From Oopsacas minuta (lineage: Eukaryota; Animalia; Porifera): a stretch of 64,000 nucleotides of DNA. Below the pieces are notes generated by a model. It was not told where the DNA came from. It did not search any database and saw only the letters and a list, made by a program, of their open reading frames with translations. The stretch is taken from the NCBI GenBank assembly GCA_024704765.1, contig JAKMXF010000011.1, positions 665,557 to 729,556 of the forward strand. Reading direction: 5' to 3'. Shown piece by piece: positions 10,445 to 23,392 of the stretch; the stretch's first letter is position 1, and each line of letters starts with the position of its first letter. A program made the position numbers and the translations under genes.

Positions 10445-13400
10445 TTATTTATTGGATTGTCCGGTGAGGAGTTCGGATATTTCTTCAATTTTAGCAATTT
10501 GTTTATCAAACCCTCCATCATAAAGCATCTCTTCCACAATCTAAATAAATAAATAAGTAAACAAACAGACATAAAACAAACAAGTAAACAACATACCTTA
10601 TCCTTGCAAGAGTCCGCGTAACTGTATAGAGACAGCAGTGCACTTTCTTTGTAGAAATGATCTCCTCCCTAAATACCACAAATATCATACCGTTGTCATG
10701 GAGCATAAGCAATGTAATACTTACTTTAGGAACTCTGTAGGACTCAAACAGCTGTTCATCACTAACTGCTGGGCTCTGAGACATAGTGTCGTGATATCTA
10801 TAAATAGAGCAAAGTCAAGAAAAGCTATAAATAGATTGGGAATACTCACTTCAATATGTGTTCTCTGTAAATAGGAACCTCTCTATAATATAAAATCTTA
10901 GTTGTTGGATCATCCTACAAATACAAATAAACAAAAATTAGTGATACCTGAGTGCGTAACCATGACTAGCAGTTGTAACCTGGATCATACTTGTGATTTA
11001 TATAATTATCTTTAATAAAGTCTGAAAAAATGAAATTACGCAATTGTGTTGATTTATCGAGACACATGTCTCTTCGTATCCCCTGTAACAACTGCAGTAA
11101 ACTTACCTCGGTTATATGTGAGTCGGTTCCTAAGCAACTGTCAATCAACACCTAAGGAATGTAACAGCTTAGTTACCACTTGACTAAAATGAAGACTGTT
11201 CTAACCTGTGAAATTACTGAGAGGTTTGTATCTAATGTTTCAGACTTAATAACATCAAATAAATGGTTAGGATTCCTGATAAGATTAGCCCAGAAGCCTA
11301 TAGGCACGCTAAAAGACAGATTAAACACATAACACCTATATATATGTCATAACAATGAGGTAATTATCATAATTTATGAATATACACCACAGCAGAAATC
11401 TTAGGGTTATCGAACCAATATAGAATATCCTACCAACCATTTATTCTTCCACATCCTTAACACATTATCCTTATTGTCTATATTATACTTCTCAACCAGG
11501 TAGTCTAGGAAGTCAAATATGTATTTAATTGGTTGAGCTAGTTTATGAGGTTCAAACATCACATCTGGGAAGATAGCATATACCATGTCATCAAGGTACT
11601 TTTGTAGAATATTCTAGAATGTAAATAAACCTCAAATAAACTGCATGATACACAATTAACAAATTCTCTCACCTTGGTTGATATCAAACGGATCAGATAT
11701 ATTTCTGTGGCTAGCTTCTTTGGTTTCACAGTTTGAATTTCTTGAGGATCAGTCTAAGAATAGAAGAAGTATAATTCATCTTAGCAATGTAACTGTGTCA
11801 TTAGAATTCTGACACCACAGATGGCAAACTTTGAACCTTACAATAAAGATACAATATTCGTTTGTACAGTCAATTCCCGTTTTATCAAATCACTCCCATA
11901 TATCGGAGTCTGAAAATATGTAAATATGGTCCCAAACCGTCAAAGTTACATAATTTCATTGGCTATATTGAACTCCGTTTACATAGAAGTAATTATCGCA
12001 ATTCCTTGAGCTTCGGGAGTTGACTGTTTTTGTTTACGAAATCAGCTGACCAGGTGCCATGTCTTGTCCTCTTCGTGGATATGAGTGTCCCACACAGAGT
12101 TGTACCGATATTGTATCAGGGTACCCAAATAATCACATATTTGCCCCCCTTGAGGTATCTGAGTCCTGGGTACCAGTTTAAACACCGGCTGGTTAACAGC
12201 TGAGTAGTGTGACAAGGTGTTAACCCTCTTCCAATCCCCTTGTACTATAGAGGTCCAATCGTTATCTCTCAAGATAAGGCCAAAGCTTTGTTTACGAGTA
12301 GTGTGTACCTCTAGGTCTAGTTTCTAGATGGTGAAGTCAATAAAATACATGTTTGCTTGTGTATTTGTTTACCATCTTGTCAACATGGTTATGTCATAAT
12401 TGTTTACAAGTTTGGTTTACTTGTTTATGACATTTCTTCACCAGTATATTTATGTTTACTTACAGTAATATGAGGTCGTTGGGATACAGGCACTTCGCTA
12501 TACACTACATCCATAATCTTAAGCTTAGCCTGTGAAATAGTGTCACATTCCAAGAGTTTGACCTTTAAATCTGTCTCATTGTCTGTTATAACTCCTACTT
12601 CTAGTTCCTAAACAGGTACAATGTAATCTCCACAAACTGTACTTTTGGAAACGGAGTGAAAAATTATATAAAGCGAATTTATGGCTCCACAAACAGGGTA
12701 GCATTTTACGGCGTCCCTGACACCCCGTTTGTGGTAGTAAACAAATTACAAATAAACAAACATATCTTATAGTTGTATAAATACCTTGATTTCCTCATCA
12801 CTGATCTGAGTTAACAATTTCTCTTTATCAAGAGAGTACTTGGCTTCACCGGTAACTACATCAATAGGGCCTTTCTCTGTCTGTCTTTTGGTTGCTCTGT
12901 AAGCCAAGTGGATAGCTGGGCCCGGGCCATCTATGAGGAATCGATACATCATCATTGCTAGCCAATTAGAGAGTAGCTTCTCTGCTACAGTGTGTGTCCT
13001 ATTAATTGATGGGATTAGAAACATTTACAGTATCTATTCATGTAACAGAGTGCTCATACCTATGGAACATGTTATTAACTCTGGATTTAGCCACCATCGT
13101 CTCGAACAATTCTTCTAGAAGTTTCTTAAGAACTGAAGTGAGGTATTGTATGTCATCATGCATACACAGGGCGAATAGATTAGCTATATTTGATCTGTAT
13201 AGAGATATGTGTTATTTAATATACACAAAGGTGTGAAAATATGATTAATCATTCACCTGTCTCTGAGAGAGAATGATCTATTAGATTCTACACAGTTAAC
13301 AAGAGACAGGAAGTAGTTTTTATCTCTTAACAACTCATCAAATAACTCCAGAGCTCTCATGAGTTCTTTTTCATTTATACCATGGGGGATCTAGCAAATA

Positions 13401-16400
13401 GAAACGTGTAAATGATTGCTTGTTTGTTCGTTTGTCTAATTGATGAAACAAAATCCCTCTCTAGAGTGTGAATAATCTCCCACGAGTAAAACTTACACGA
13501 ACAGGATAAAGAACTGTATGATATGTCTCTTCAGGGAACATAGCATTCAATAAGTATCTATGAAATGAGAGGAAAGGGATAGCTCCTTGAGACCCTTGTG
13601 TCAGATCTGATGCCTCCTCTAGCTCTGTATTGAGCTCAGCAAACTCTGTAATGACGTCATAACATTATTAATCAAAACATAAGGATTGATTCAAACCGAC
13701 ATTCCTTCGGTTGCCAAGACGCTACAAACATTCCTTATCTACATATCGGTTGCTATAACCTACCATTTTTACAGGCTTGAGCTATTCTAATCTCAATAGT
13801 ATCCATCTCATAGATTAACTTCTTCACAGCTTTTCTATGAGCTATACTATATCTTCTACGTAGACAGTACATTATACAGACAAGGATTAAAACTAGTATC
13901 ACTATTAGTAACAAGAGGCCAAGGATCCAGGATAGCACTATTATGCCTAAGTCCTTGAGACTCTCTATACCGGATATTATCACGAATCTGCCAGCTGGTG
14001 TTCTGTAGCCCTCTAGTAACACCTAAAGTATGTTACAGTCAACTTTAGTTATATATGCTAATATCAAAGTCTGAAATAGTGCAAATTGGTCCCAACCGTT
14101 AAAGCAACGTACAGTTAACTCCCATAATCCTATTATATCGAAGCTGAAGGGATCGCGATAATTACTTCAAAATAAGAGGAGTCCGATATAGCGGGAGATG
14201 ACTATGTATTTCATCGGTTTTATCTAACTCTGCTTATATCGAAAAGTAATGCAATCGCGCTCTTTTTCATTCTTTCAAGTTTACAGATTTATATTGACTG
14301 TATATGAGACATTATCTAGAAGTGTCAAATTGGTAGAATAACATACGTAAATATGATAGGTGTCAGATTGTAAGGCATCAACTCTAATATCTGAGAAGTC
14401 AACAGACAGTCTATTAGTGAGGTAAGTAACATTACTACTAATATTAACAACTTCATCAGCTAATGTAACTTCTACACTGAATAGATCTGACAGCTGTGCT
14501 AATCTATAGTCAGCTTGTTGTATGAACTAGAGAGAGTGTTGTTATCTACTTGTTTGTTTGTTTTGTTTACAGTTTGTTGTTGTTGACATAACTTACCACC
14601 AACTCAACAGATCTGGAAATAGCATCAACAGATATATGATTATAATCGGAGAATACGAATACTCCCTGATTAAATAGAGGATCTGGTAATACTAATATAT
14701 CTATAGTAGGGAGGGTGTTTGTGTATCCGTCAAATAAAAGTGTGAAGTTCACATTATCTGACCCAGTTTGTCTCTTAGAGGTGTTGGAAGGAGGGAAGGG
14801 GCACTTGAGCTCACTTGTCGTTATAGCGTTACAAGCCTAGGGTAAACAAAGAAGTGAACAAACTACAAGTAATAGTGATAATGAAATATACAATAGATTC
14901 CATCTATAAGAATATTGGGAGTTACTTATTCGCTATGATACATTTGGTAATAAACAAGTAAATAACAACAACTAACATATTCTCCAACACTTCTCCCTGA
15001 ATAGAACATAATTCTTGGATCAGCTGATGCGTCTAATGATATTCCTGTAAATGTTATTAATCCATCACCTGATTGTAAAACGCCTGTAGGAGTAGCGGAG
15101 ATGATCTGAGGATTCTCACGGAACTCAAAGAGTCCTGTCGTGGAGTCGTAATTGTCCCCGTCTATGGTAACACGGAATTGTCCTGTAAACAAAGGTGTGA
15201 AAATATGGATAATCATATAATAACATAATTAATATACCTCTATCCTTTGACATCGCAGGTTGTGTAATACATTCCAATTCACCATTACTGTAACTAGGTT
15301 CTAACACTATCATACAGCTGGTTACAGTAATAATCTCAGCTGATCTGCTACTACCTACACCTAAACCTACTCCAGAGAGGGTGACAAGTGTACCTCCTGC
15401 TACAGGACCGAAATTAGGGGTGAAAGCTTGTATCTGAGGGGACAGAATGTGTAAGGGGTGGTAATATGCCTCTAGAGGATCGCCCAGGGAGTTGTCTATT
15501 GAGAGGGCTAATGTAGTGTTACCTGATGATCCAGGAGGTCCCAAGGGGGACAATAACAGACCAGAGAGGGTACAGTTAACTCTACAAGTAGTAAACAATA
15601 ATAATTGTCTGTATTTACTGAGCAGACTGTAATTACATTTGTTAATTCATTCTGTTAAGTGTAATACATTGATGTTACATATGATTAATCATCAAAATTA
15701 TGCTAGAGATTAGTTTCCATGTTTGTTAGTTTGTTTGTTACAATACTTACTCTCTCCCAATATCTGAAGGATCTCTGTTGATATCCACACATTCCAGAAT
15801 ACCTCTAATCTCTCCTAATTCTACAGTAATAGTCAGCTGATCAGATACTAGTCCTAAATCTGTTCCTCTGATACTCAGCTGATCAGTGAAGTATACAGAT
15901 ATCTCATCAGGTGTTATCTGTAAACAATATATAAACAGTACAGTAGATATATCAGTTATTGTAGTAACATGATTATGTCTTATCAGGATAAATAATACAT
16001 TGTTGTTGTTTACAACTTACAGAAGTGATAAAAGGGTTAGGACAACTAGCTGTTAAGAAATCTCCAGAACAATCAGCTGTAGAACAGCTGTCATCACCAG
16101 AGGCGAGACACCATCCACACAGTATCTTTGACTGCCTGTTAGACAGACACTGAGCACAAGTAGTCCCCTGTTGGACACATGAGTACAGCTCTAAGGTGTC
16201 AGTATAAATTACTCTGTCACTAAATGTGACGTCAATATTAACATCTATTATATCACTGCTAGTGACTGTTAAGATATCAGCTGGCATATAACATGTTATA
16301 TAGTTACTTGAGTGGTTGCCAGGAATGTTGTATTGTTCTGATCCATAGCTTAGCTGGCATAGGTATTTATAGCTAGACTGAATATTCATGTGATTAATCA

Positions 16401-19161
16401 CATAACACCTGAGTAGTGATGAGATAGGCGTAATGGTATGTACATCATACTAACCTGAGGTGTAGGTAGGTCATTAACTGTCAGTAGGTTTATAGTATTA
16501 TCTGTATCAGCAACCAGAGGATTAGAGGAACTGTTAAGAGATTCTATAGAGGGACAGAGAGACTGTCTCCATTGATAGGAGTCTGAGAGGTTTAATGGAG
16601 GACATAGGGAGGAGGAGTAGGTACATGTTCCTGAGTACACACACCAACCACAGGGACTTACATCTGAAGTAGATACACATTCCTCACAGGCTGTATGGTA
16701 ACTACAGTTAAAGAATAGAAAACTGAATGATTGAACTAAAATAGTGTCTGATGATTCTGTTGTGCTCAGGTATAGCTGTACTTCAAGGAACTCTGTAAAC
16801 AGCTGGGATAAACACCACCACCAACAACAACATTAATTAATAAGATACATACCTGATTTATTGAAGCTAGGAGTATTGTCAGGAATCTGACAGGTTAGAT
16901 TTACAGGGCCAGAAGCAGGACCAGTCAAATCAAATCCTCCTGTAACAGCTGTGTTACCTAACGAGGAGAATACACATTGGTATGTGTTTCCAGTAGATAG
17001 TTCAGGGAGATTGCTAGCTGATATCGTAACCTAGAAAGGACATAACTATGTAACGATTATGAGGGGGTTATGTTACTAAGGTGTGAAAGAATGGTATGTA
17101 TATGTTGCCAAGGAGTGTTATAAAGGAATGTACCGTAGTATTAATATTGATGTTAGATAAGTCAGGAGATACGCTGGTTACAGCTAAACATTCAGTGACG
17201 TCATCTTGTATCCATCTGTTGGTTAGATTGTGGTTAATACAATTAGATTGTCTTGTACATTTATTCTGTACACTACACCAACCACAGAGAGGATCTCTGT
17301 CCTGTACACATTCCATACAGTTGTCATGTCGACCACAGTCTGACACAGGAATGCGTAACAGCTCTCTAGGTGTCAAAGCAAGAATGTGGTTAGTTCCAAT
17401 AGGAACTAATGATGATACTCTGTCTCTGAAATTCTCTGACAGATATCTACCTTCCAGTTCAGTCACATCAGCTGTTAACGAGGTGCCATTTATGTAATAC
17501 TAAAAACAAATAAACAAATAAACAAATATACAATAAACTCATAAACAAATATACAATAATCTAACCTTAAACATAAATCCTTCTTCAGTTACCAAAATGA
17601 GATAATAGAATGTATCCAGTTGGGATGTGTATAGATTAGATACCCTCCCGTATGTGACCCCTGATGAGTACACAGATGGGAGGAGGGGGGCTGTAGGATA
17701 CCCATTTGTTATAGGGATCATCAGAGCAAATAGTAAACCACTAAATAAATAAATAAATAAATAAACAGTTAGAGTTTATAGCTCTTACGGATAAAATAGA
17801 ACTTACCTAAATGTGTAGTCACACAGAGAGATGCCATTTAACACCTAAACATAAATATTATAAAATATAAGATAACATAACAGCAACAATTTGTCAAAGG
17901 AATTCAACTCACAGACTCGGCAAATATGTTACCACCAGCTTCATGTCTCTCTACCCAATCCAGCTTTGTTGATAGAGAAGGATCATTATAACTAACACTA
18001 ATGTACTGAATAAGGTCATTAAGGCACAAAGTACACAATCTAGTCTCTATTCCCATCTCGTTAGCACTGTATATTAATACTAGGTGTGTCTGTCCGTCTT
18101 GTAGAGATACTATACGACCTGAAAGGAGGTATGTATAGCTTCCATCACACGGAGTAAGAATAAGTTCCAAAACAGACTCAAATCTGCCCAAACCTACACT
18201 TGTGTTATCACATATAGTGAATAATCTACTAGAAATAGGAGAAGTCCCAATCAGCTGTCTAACGAGATAGAATATTCTGTCACCAAATACGAACTCATTT
18301 ATAAGAGTCCTCCTAGTATCAGCAACCCTTGGCTGTCCTGTGAATCTAGCAGTAGCAGCTGATAGGTCACTTAAGGTAAATCCTTGTAAGGTATATCTAC
18401 AAGAGAATAATATATACATATAGAATTGATATGTCCATACCCTATTTATTCAGTTATATGGGACAATGACTTCGATATACGTATCTTTAACGGTTTCCAT
18501 AGGCCCCTTTGTCAAGGTTACAATTTAAGAGCGGCGCAAACTGTATTTCTGATATGACGTGTTCTATTATATGGCCGGCCTAATAACGAGTTGACAAGAG
18601 ATTAAGCCAATGCCCTTAACCGTAGTTAGTAATTTTGTAAAAGTTAAACTCGAGCACATAATAAGGATGAATAATTCTATTATTAGTAACATACCTAGTG
18701 CTAGTCGCGGTATCACTTATAAAACTGCTGTATACAAATACAGCTGGAGATCCTGCTAGCATAGCAAACAGAGCAGAGTTAGGAATGTTGTCTGATTCAG
18801 TTGATAGGTCAGTAATGGTAGCTACAGATGTGGTGATATCAGAGGTGTCATAAAAGTGGCATACCCTCTCTCTGTCACAAACAAAGAACCTGTTATTGAA
18901 ATGATCATACTCTACTAGGGAGACCCTGGAGGCTAAATTGGGCAGATTAGTGATAGAAGAGGACTTGAACTCTGATCCAACTCTAACAATATAATCAGAG
19001 CCTCCGATTAGTACTGACAGGTTAGTAGAATCAATAGCGATTAGAGAGAAGCCAAGTCTGTTAGGATTTGATATAGATTCTATCCTGATAGGAGTCTGAC
19101 TGTAGCAGACAGTCAGAAACAATGTAAGAATAAAAATAATCATATTGGAGCATATATTCAT
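10445..19161 (-). CDS. PLXN: Plexin (signal peptide, divergent Sema, PSI repeats, IPT repeats, TM, split RasGAP with RBD), about 29 exons by my reading
   Basis: PSI motifs CGRHDNCMECVQDRDPLCGWC and CAQCLSNRQSKILCGWC. IPT motif FTPNFGPVAGGTLVTLSG. TM at 13753-14022. Cytoplasmic FAELNTEL, HRTHTVAEKLLSNW, KGPIDVVTGEAKYSL, TWHL, EIYLIRLISTK, FWANLIRNP. Stop TAA at 10445-10447; the start could be 19161 or 19143. Confidence 0.93.
11867..12026. mobile_element. MITE family A, plexin intron
   Basis: ta|cagtcaattcccg...cttcgggagttgactg; core ggtcccaaaccgtcaaagttacata. Confidence 0.8.
12619..12745. mobile_element. MITE family B (TIR about CAGTRTWACCTCCACAAACG), plexin intron, degraded
   Basis: caatgtaatctccacaaac...cgtttgtggtag, with an internal ctccacaaac repeat and gtagcatttt as in other family B copies. 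Confidence 0.6.
14036..14300. mobile_element. MITE family A containing a second, inverted family A copy at about 14112-14204
   Basis: Outer ta|cagtcaac...attgactg|ta. The inner element cagttaactccc...gggagatgacta interrupts the core aaagcaacgta/tttcatcggtt at a TA. Confidence 0.7.
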
Positions 19162-19589
19162 TGAAATGGTCTTATAAGGAAGTTATTGCTTAAGTTACAG
19201 ATATATGTCACTCGATATCTAAGGGTGTAACTAGCATTTAGGCAGAAAAGGTAACTATCTACTCGATGTTTACTGTGCTGACTATAGTATAGGGCTGTAC
19301 CGGATATCCGGCTGTATCCAACCAGTTACCAGATATGAACCACTATCTTATATATATAAAAGGTAAATGAATGGAATGCATATTTATACTGCATCTATTG
19401 TGGAACCAGATAAATTCTTTTAAAAGCCTTACTAAATAACAAATGTCTAGCCGACAGACTGGTAGTGCAGCTCAGGGTGATGTATTTTGTTCCGTAAATG
19501 CCGCAATGCACCAGACCCGACTGATTTTGGGGTCCTTGATCTGATAAATTTTTGAGGATATTCATCATATAATACATCATCTAACATAG

Positions 19590-19712
19590 ATTTGAAAATG
19601 TCAAAATTGGAATCTACAAATTCGATTACCCCTTACTAGCAGTCAAACGAAATCTCTAGTATGATTATGAATAATATGCAAAAGGTGTGAAATATGATTA
19701 ATGTGATCAGGT
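19590..19712. repeat. Dispersed repeat of about 120 bp (copy 1); copy 2 at about 23275-23392; short fragments at about 13228-13255 and 15190-15217
   Basis: Shared ttgaaa(a)tgtYaaaattggaatcta...tcgattacc and aaaggtgtgaaa(a)tatgattaat. Confidence 0.7.
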
Positions 19713-19741
19713 TGCACTAATAGTAAATATAAACAGCTGAT

Positions 19742-21923
19742 TCAATTCTCAAGAGAAGGCGCTACAAAATGAGCTACTTCTTCAAAAGCTAGTTTTTCAT
19801 TTAATAAACTTAGAGTGACGTTACCATTCTCATCTTTATCAAGCTGTATATTATAGTTATTGGCTAGTACTAGAGAGGTAAGGAAGTTACCGGCCTTTTC
19901 ATGGGGTTGCATCCCGGTTGTGAGTTCTGACCATTTTATACTTGTGTTTTCTTGTGCTTTAATATGTGACACCAGGGATTGTGAAGACTCATGTATATCA
20001 AATACTGTTTCGTTAGCTTCCTTTTCGAGGAGAGGAGATACAAATCTTCTCCATTCTTCTACACGGGTTGATAGAGCTGTGTTATGTGCATGTTTCTGCG
20101 CTTTATTACGCACATCATCTAGGTAGAGTCTTACTTTTCGCGCGTAGCCAGCTATACCAGGTTGAGGAGCTCCGTCATTTTGCTCATTAAAGGAAGGTAA
20201 ATAAGGTACCTCTGTATCAAAATCAGGTACGTCCTGTGGAAGTAGGTCAGGTTCATTATCGTCTGGTAGCTCATCAGGAAGACAGTCTGGTTCATCTATC
20301 TCTGAATCACAATCAGCTGACTGAGGTTCTAGAAAATTATTGAATTGATAAATGACTAAATTAATATTAGTCGCAACTGTGTTATAATATTAGTGTTTTA
20401 ATCGATCAGTTCCAAACTTGGAGTTTTTACTTATACATCGTCGAAACATTTTCTCCAGGTAGTATTACATTAGAAAACAGAGCTACACCCTATAGGCAAG
20501 TAGGATAATGCTCAGCTCAGAGCTTATCCGAGAAAACCTTGAAATATGGTGAAACGAAAAATCGGAATCCGAATTATTACACCTATAGGTTTGTCATATC
20601 AACTCCTTTGAATAATTCCAAGTTTTACATCCACAATTAGCAATTCCATGCTAATATTCAGGTAAAAAGGCACAAACATTTGCAAATACTTAAGCTCGGG
20701 AGGTTTTAGAAGTAAGCTTGGTGTATTAGCTTTAACATACCTAAATCTGAATAGAACTTAGATACAGGTATACTGCTATCACCCCTAGATCTCTGTAAAG
20801 CAGTTGTCTTCTGATATTTCTTAGCTTCATCACTTCTCCTCTTCTGTTCTATCCAGAACATATCCTCGTTGGCTAGGAATGATAATCTAAGAAGTGTGTT
20901 CTTAGGGAAATGCTTCTTCTCAGACCATAAATTATCAGTCAGCTGATCTAGCATACCACAGGTAGCAGGCTGTACATCTCTCCTTCTCTTACCGGGGCCA
21001 GATGACGTCATTAGGTTAGGAGGTATTCTATGACATTTCCCGCGTTTAAATGGTTTTAATCCACCAGCTGGTGTATCATATGGATTCAAAAGTGTCATAA
21101 AAGGATTATTAGAAAGTGAAGCTAACTGTAATGTCTTATCAGCTGTTAGAGGAGGTCCAGATTGCATCATTGAGAGGGCAGTATTTGGAGCACGTGTTGA
21201 CCCTGAAGTTATTGATCTTTGTGGAGTAGGGGGGCTACCATGAATAGGGGAGTCATAAGCACTTACGTCATAACCTCCTTCTTCATATACAGGAGATTTG
21301 TGTTCAGGCATTAGAGTACAATCATATATATTAGCCTCTTTCTCCAGTGAATATGCTAAATTTGGTTCTATCAATAACGTCCCTGAATAATGAGGGGTAG
21401 CTGTAAGCAGATGGAAGTCCTGTCTCTTTCCTATTAGCTCTTTTGATGTAGAATACAGTGGAGTTGGTAGAGTACAATCAGTAGATAGTAGTACTGTAGG
21501 CGTTTCTGGTATTAGTTTCTCATCTTTAATAGCTGATTCCTTCAATTCTGATACTCTAGTAGGTACATCGTCTAGTGTTAGAATATCAACAACAGCGTGG
21601 TGTTGTACCCGTAAAATATGGTGAGGAGATGTATTGTCCGTATCTGGCCTTTTCTGGTTAGTCAACAGCTCTAATGTCTGCACAACTAGTGAGTATAAAT
21701 ACTCTACCTTTCTACTAAATACTTGTGTTGAGCCTTGTATTAGGAGAGCAGCTTCTATGAAATCTATTTTAGTTTTACCGTTATCAAATGTAATCTCAAC
21801 TTGTTCTATTTCTTCTAAATATTCTTCTAATTGTGATGCTAGATCTATGTTCCAATTCTCTGATAGGTCACGTATGGGAGCTAGTAGTTGTTGGAAACGC
21901 TGGTTATCTGAAGATTGAGTCAT
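19742..21923 (-). CDS. NCAPH2: Condensin II kleisin subunit H2, 2 exons
   Basis: RFQQLLAPIRDLSENWNIDLASQLEEYL and FIEAALLIQGSTQVFSRKVEYLYSLV match the CAP-H2 N-terminus. Exons 21923-20741 and 20328-19742; C-terminal FLTSLVLANNYNIQL. Confidence 0.93.
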
Positions 21924-22261
21924 GCTATATGGTGTTATGGGAGAAATTATAATAGGATACATTGGGAATTGTCATTTCTAACACAGGAGATAATTAATGG
22001 ATATAGTGATGAAAGAATTTGCCCGATTTTAAAACATGCATTTTTGCTGTATCCAATATATACTGTAGAGGTCTATGGGAGTTGGAAAAAGGTTGGGAGC
22101 ACCTGATCTACCGTATTCTACAACAAATGTAGAAAGAAGTGCTAAGATATTTAGAATCCATGAATCGAGAATACACATAATTTAATGTATGGCCACTTTC
22201 GTTAGCAGAGTAAGGTCTCGTAAGTAATAATATAATTACAATGTGACATAACATATAACTA

Positions 22262-22597
22262 CTATTCCTGTGTTCCTGGTAACTTATACCCAACTATAGA
22301 ACCTCTGCCTATTATTTCTCCTACAAAGAACCAACAGCAGATCTCTACACCCACCAGTACATTCTTAGCACCCTCTTTCATCGTTAGGTTGAGGAATTTG
22401 AGAGATGTGAAGTTGCTATAAACTTTTCCAGCTTGTTCCATAGCTACACCTAATTCGGAGGGGGTGGGGGGCAGGAGCTCTTTCCGCGCGTGACCCAAGA
22501 ATATGGACAGTTTGGGGCGTGATACAGCGATAGAACGTTGCACCAATGAGACTGATAGATTAACTGTTTTCTTTCCGAGACGAGCAATGAATGCCAT
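22262..22597 (-). CDS. ATP5MG: Mitochondrial ATP synthase subunit g
   Basis: ELLPPTPSE and VEICCWFFVGEIIGRGSIVGY are subunit g signatures. Confidence 0.95.
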   Translation of the reverse strand: MAFIARLGKKTVNLSVSLVQRSIAVSRPKLSIFLGHARKELLPPTPSELGVAMEQAGKVYSNFTSLKFLNLTMKEGAKNVLVGVEICCWFFVGEIIGRGSIVGYKLPGTQE

Positions 22598-22855
22598 GCT
22601 AGCTAATTGAAGATTCTAATAGGTAATTATGATTATTAGGATATCATTATAAGTATACTACGACCGACTAAGCAAACAATAAACCTAAATTTAAAAGTAT
22701 GACTTGGAAGCCATGTGAATGTTGTATAATAGGATCGAATTCGTGTGAGGGATTATCATAGTAATAATCCATATAAGGTATTACACATTCGATTACACAA
22801 ACACTATAGTAGTAAATAAGTAAACACATAACAGTACAGGAGGGATAGCTATATC

Positions 22856-23218
22856 TCACATTTCCTCATACCCCTCTGGTAGAGCATTAAGCTGAGGGTT
22901 ATGAAATAGGGTGTGGTTACCATCTCCCCATGGGAAGGGTTTCTTCCTGATCCTGAGATGATCATACGGCTCAAATTCCTGTCGTGGATGAGTATTATGT
23001 TCTTCCTCCAAAACATAAGTATTATAAAGACACCATGTCAATGCTGGTACTACTACGAACATGCTCACTCGTTTCCAAAGTAGATAAGATTTGCCAGCAT
23101 GTGCTTGTTCTGCTTGAAATATTTTAGCGTATTCACTAACCGCAGTCTCACTGAGGTACCGGGTATTTGTAAAGATAGATTTAGGTCTCTTTATGCATAG
23201 CAACGCACGGAGAGCCAT
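22856..23218 (-). CDS. COX6A: Cytochrome c oxidase subunit 6A
   Basis: Presequence, WKRVSMFVVVPAL TM, and YDHLRIRKKPFPWGDGNHTLFHNP. Confidence 0.96.
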   Translation of the reverse strand: MALRALLCIKRPKSIFTNTRYLSETAVSEYAKIFQAEQAHAGKSYLLWKRVSMFVVVPALTWCLYNTYVLEEEHNTHPRQEFEPYDHLRIRKKPFPWGDGNHTLFHNPQLNALPEGYEEM

Positions 23219-23274
23219 GGAATGTGTGCTAAGTTATACTGTAAATATTGATAAGATAATTCATGTGGGTATGA

Positions 23275-23392
23275 AATTGAAATGTTAAAATTGGAATCTA
23301 AATGCTCGATTACCACTAATTAGCCGTTGAAACTAAACTTCTAGAGTCATTAGAATAATGTGAAAAGGTGTGAAAATATGATTAATCATTAA
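23275..23392. repeat. Dispersed repeat of about 120 bp (copy 2)
   Basis: Alignable by eye to 19590-19712 in the same orientation. Confidence 0.7.

Noticed and set aside
14450-21150. Frequent CAGCTG E-boxes across plexin and NCAPH2
   Set aside because: AGCT appears broadly over-represented in this DNA, so these cannot be separated from background by eye.
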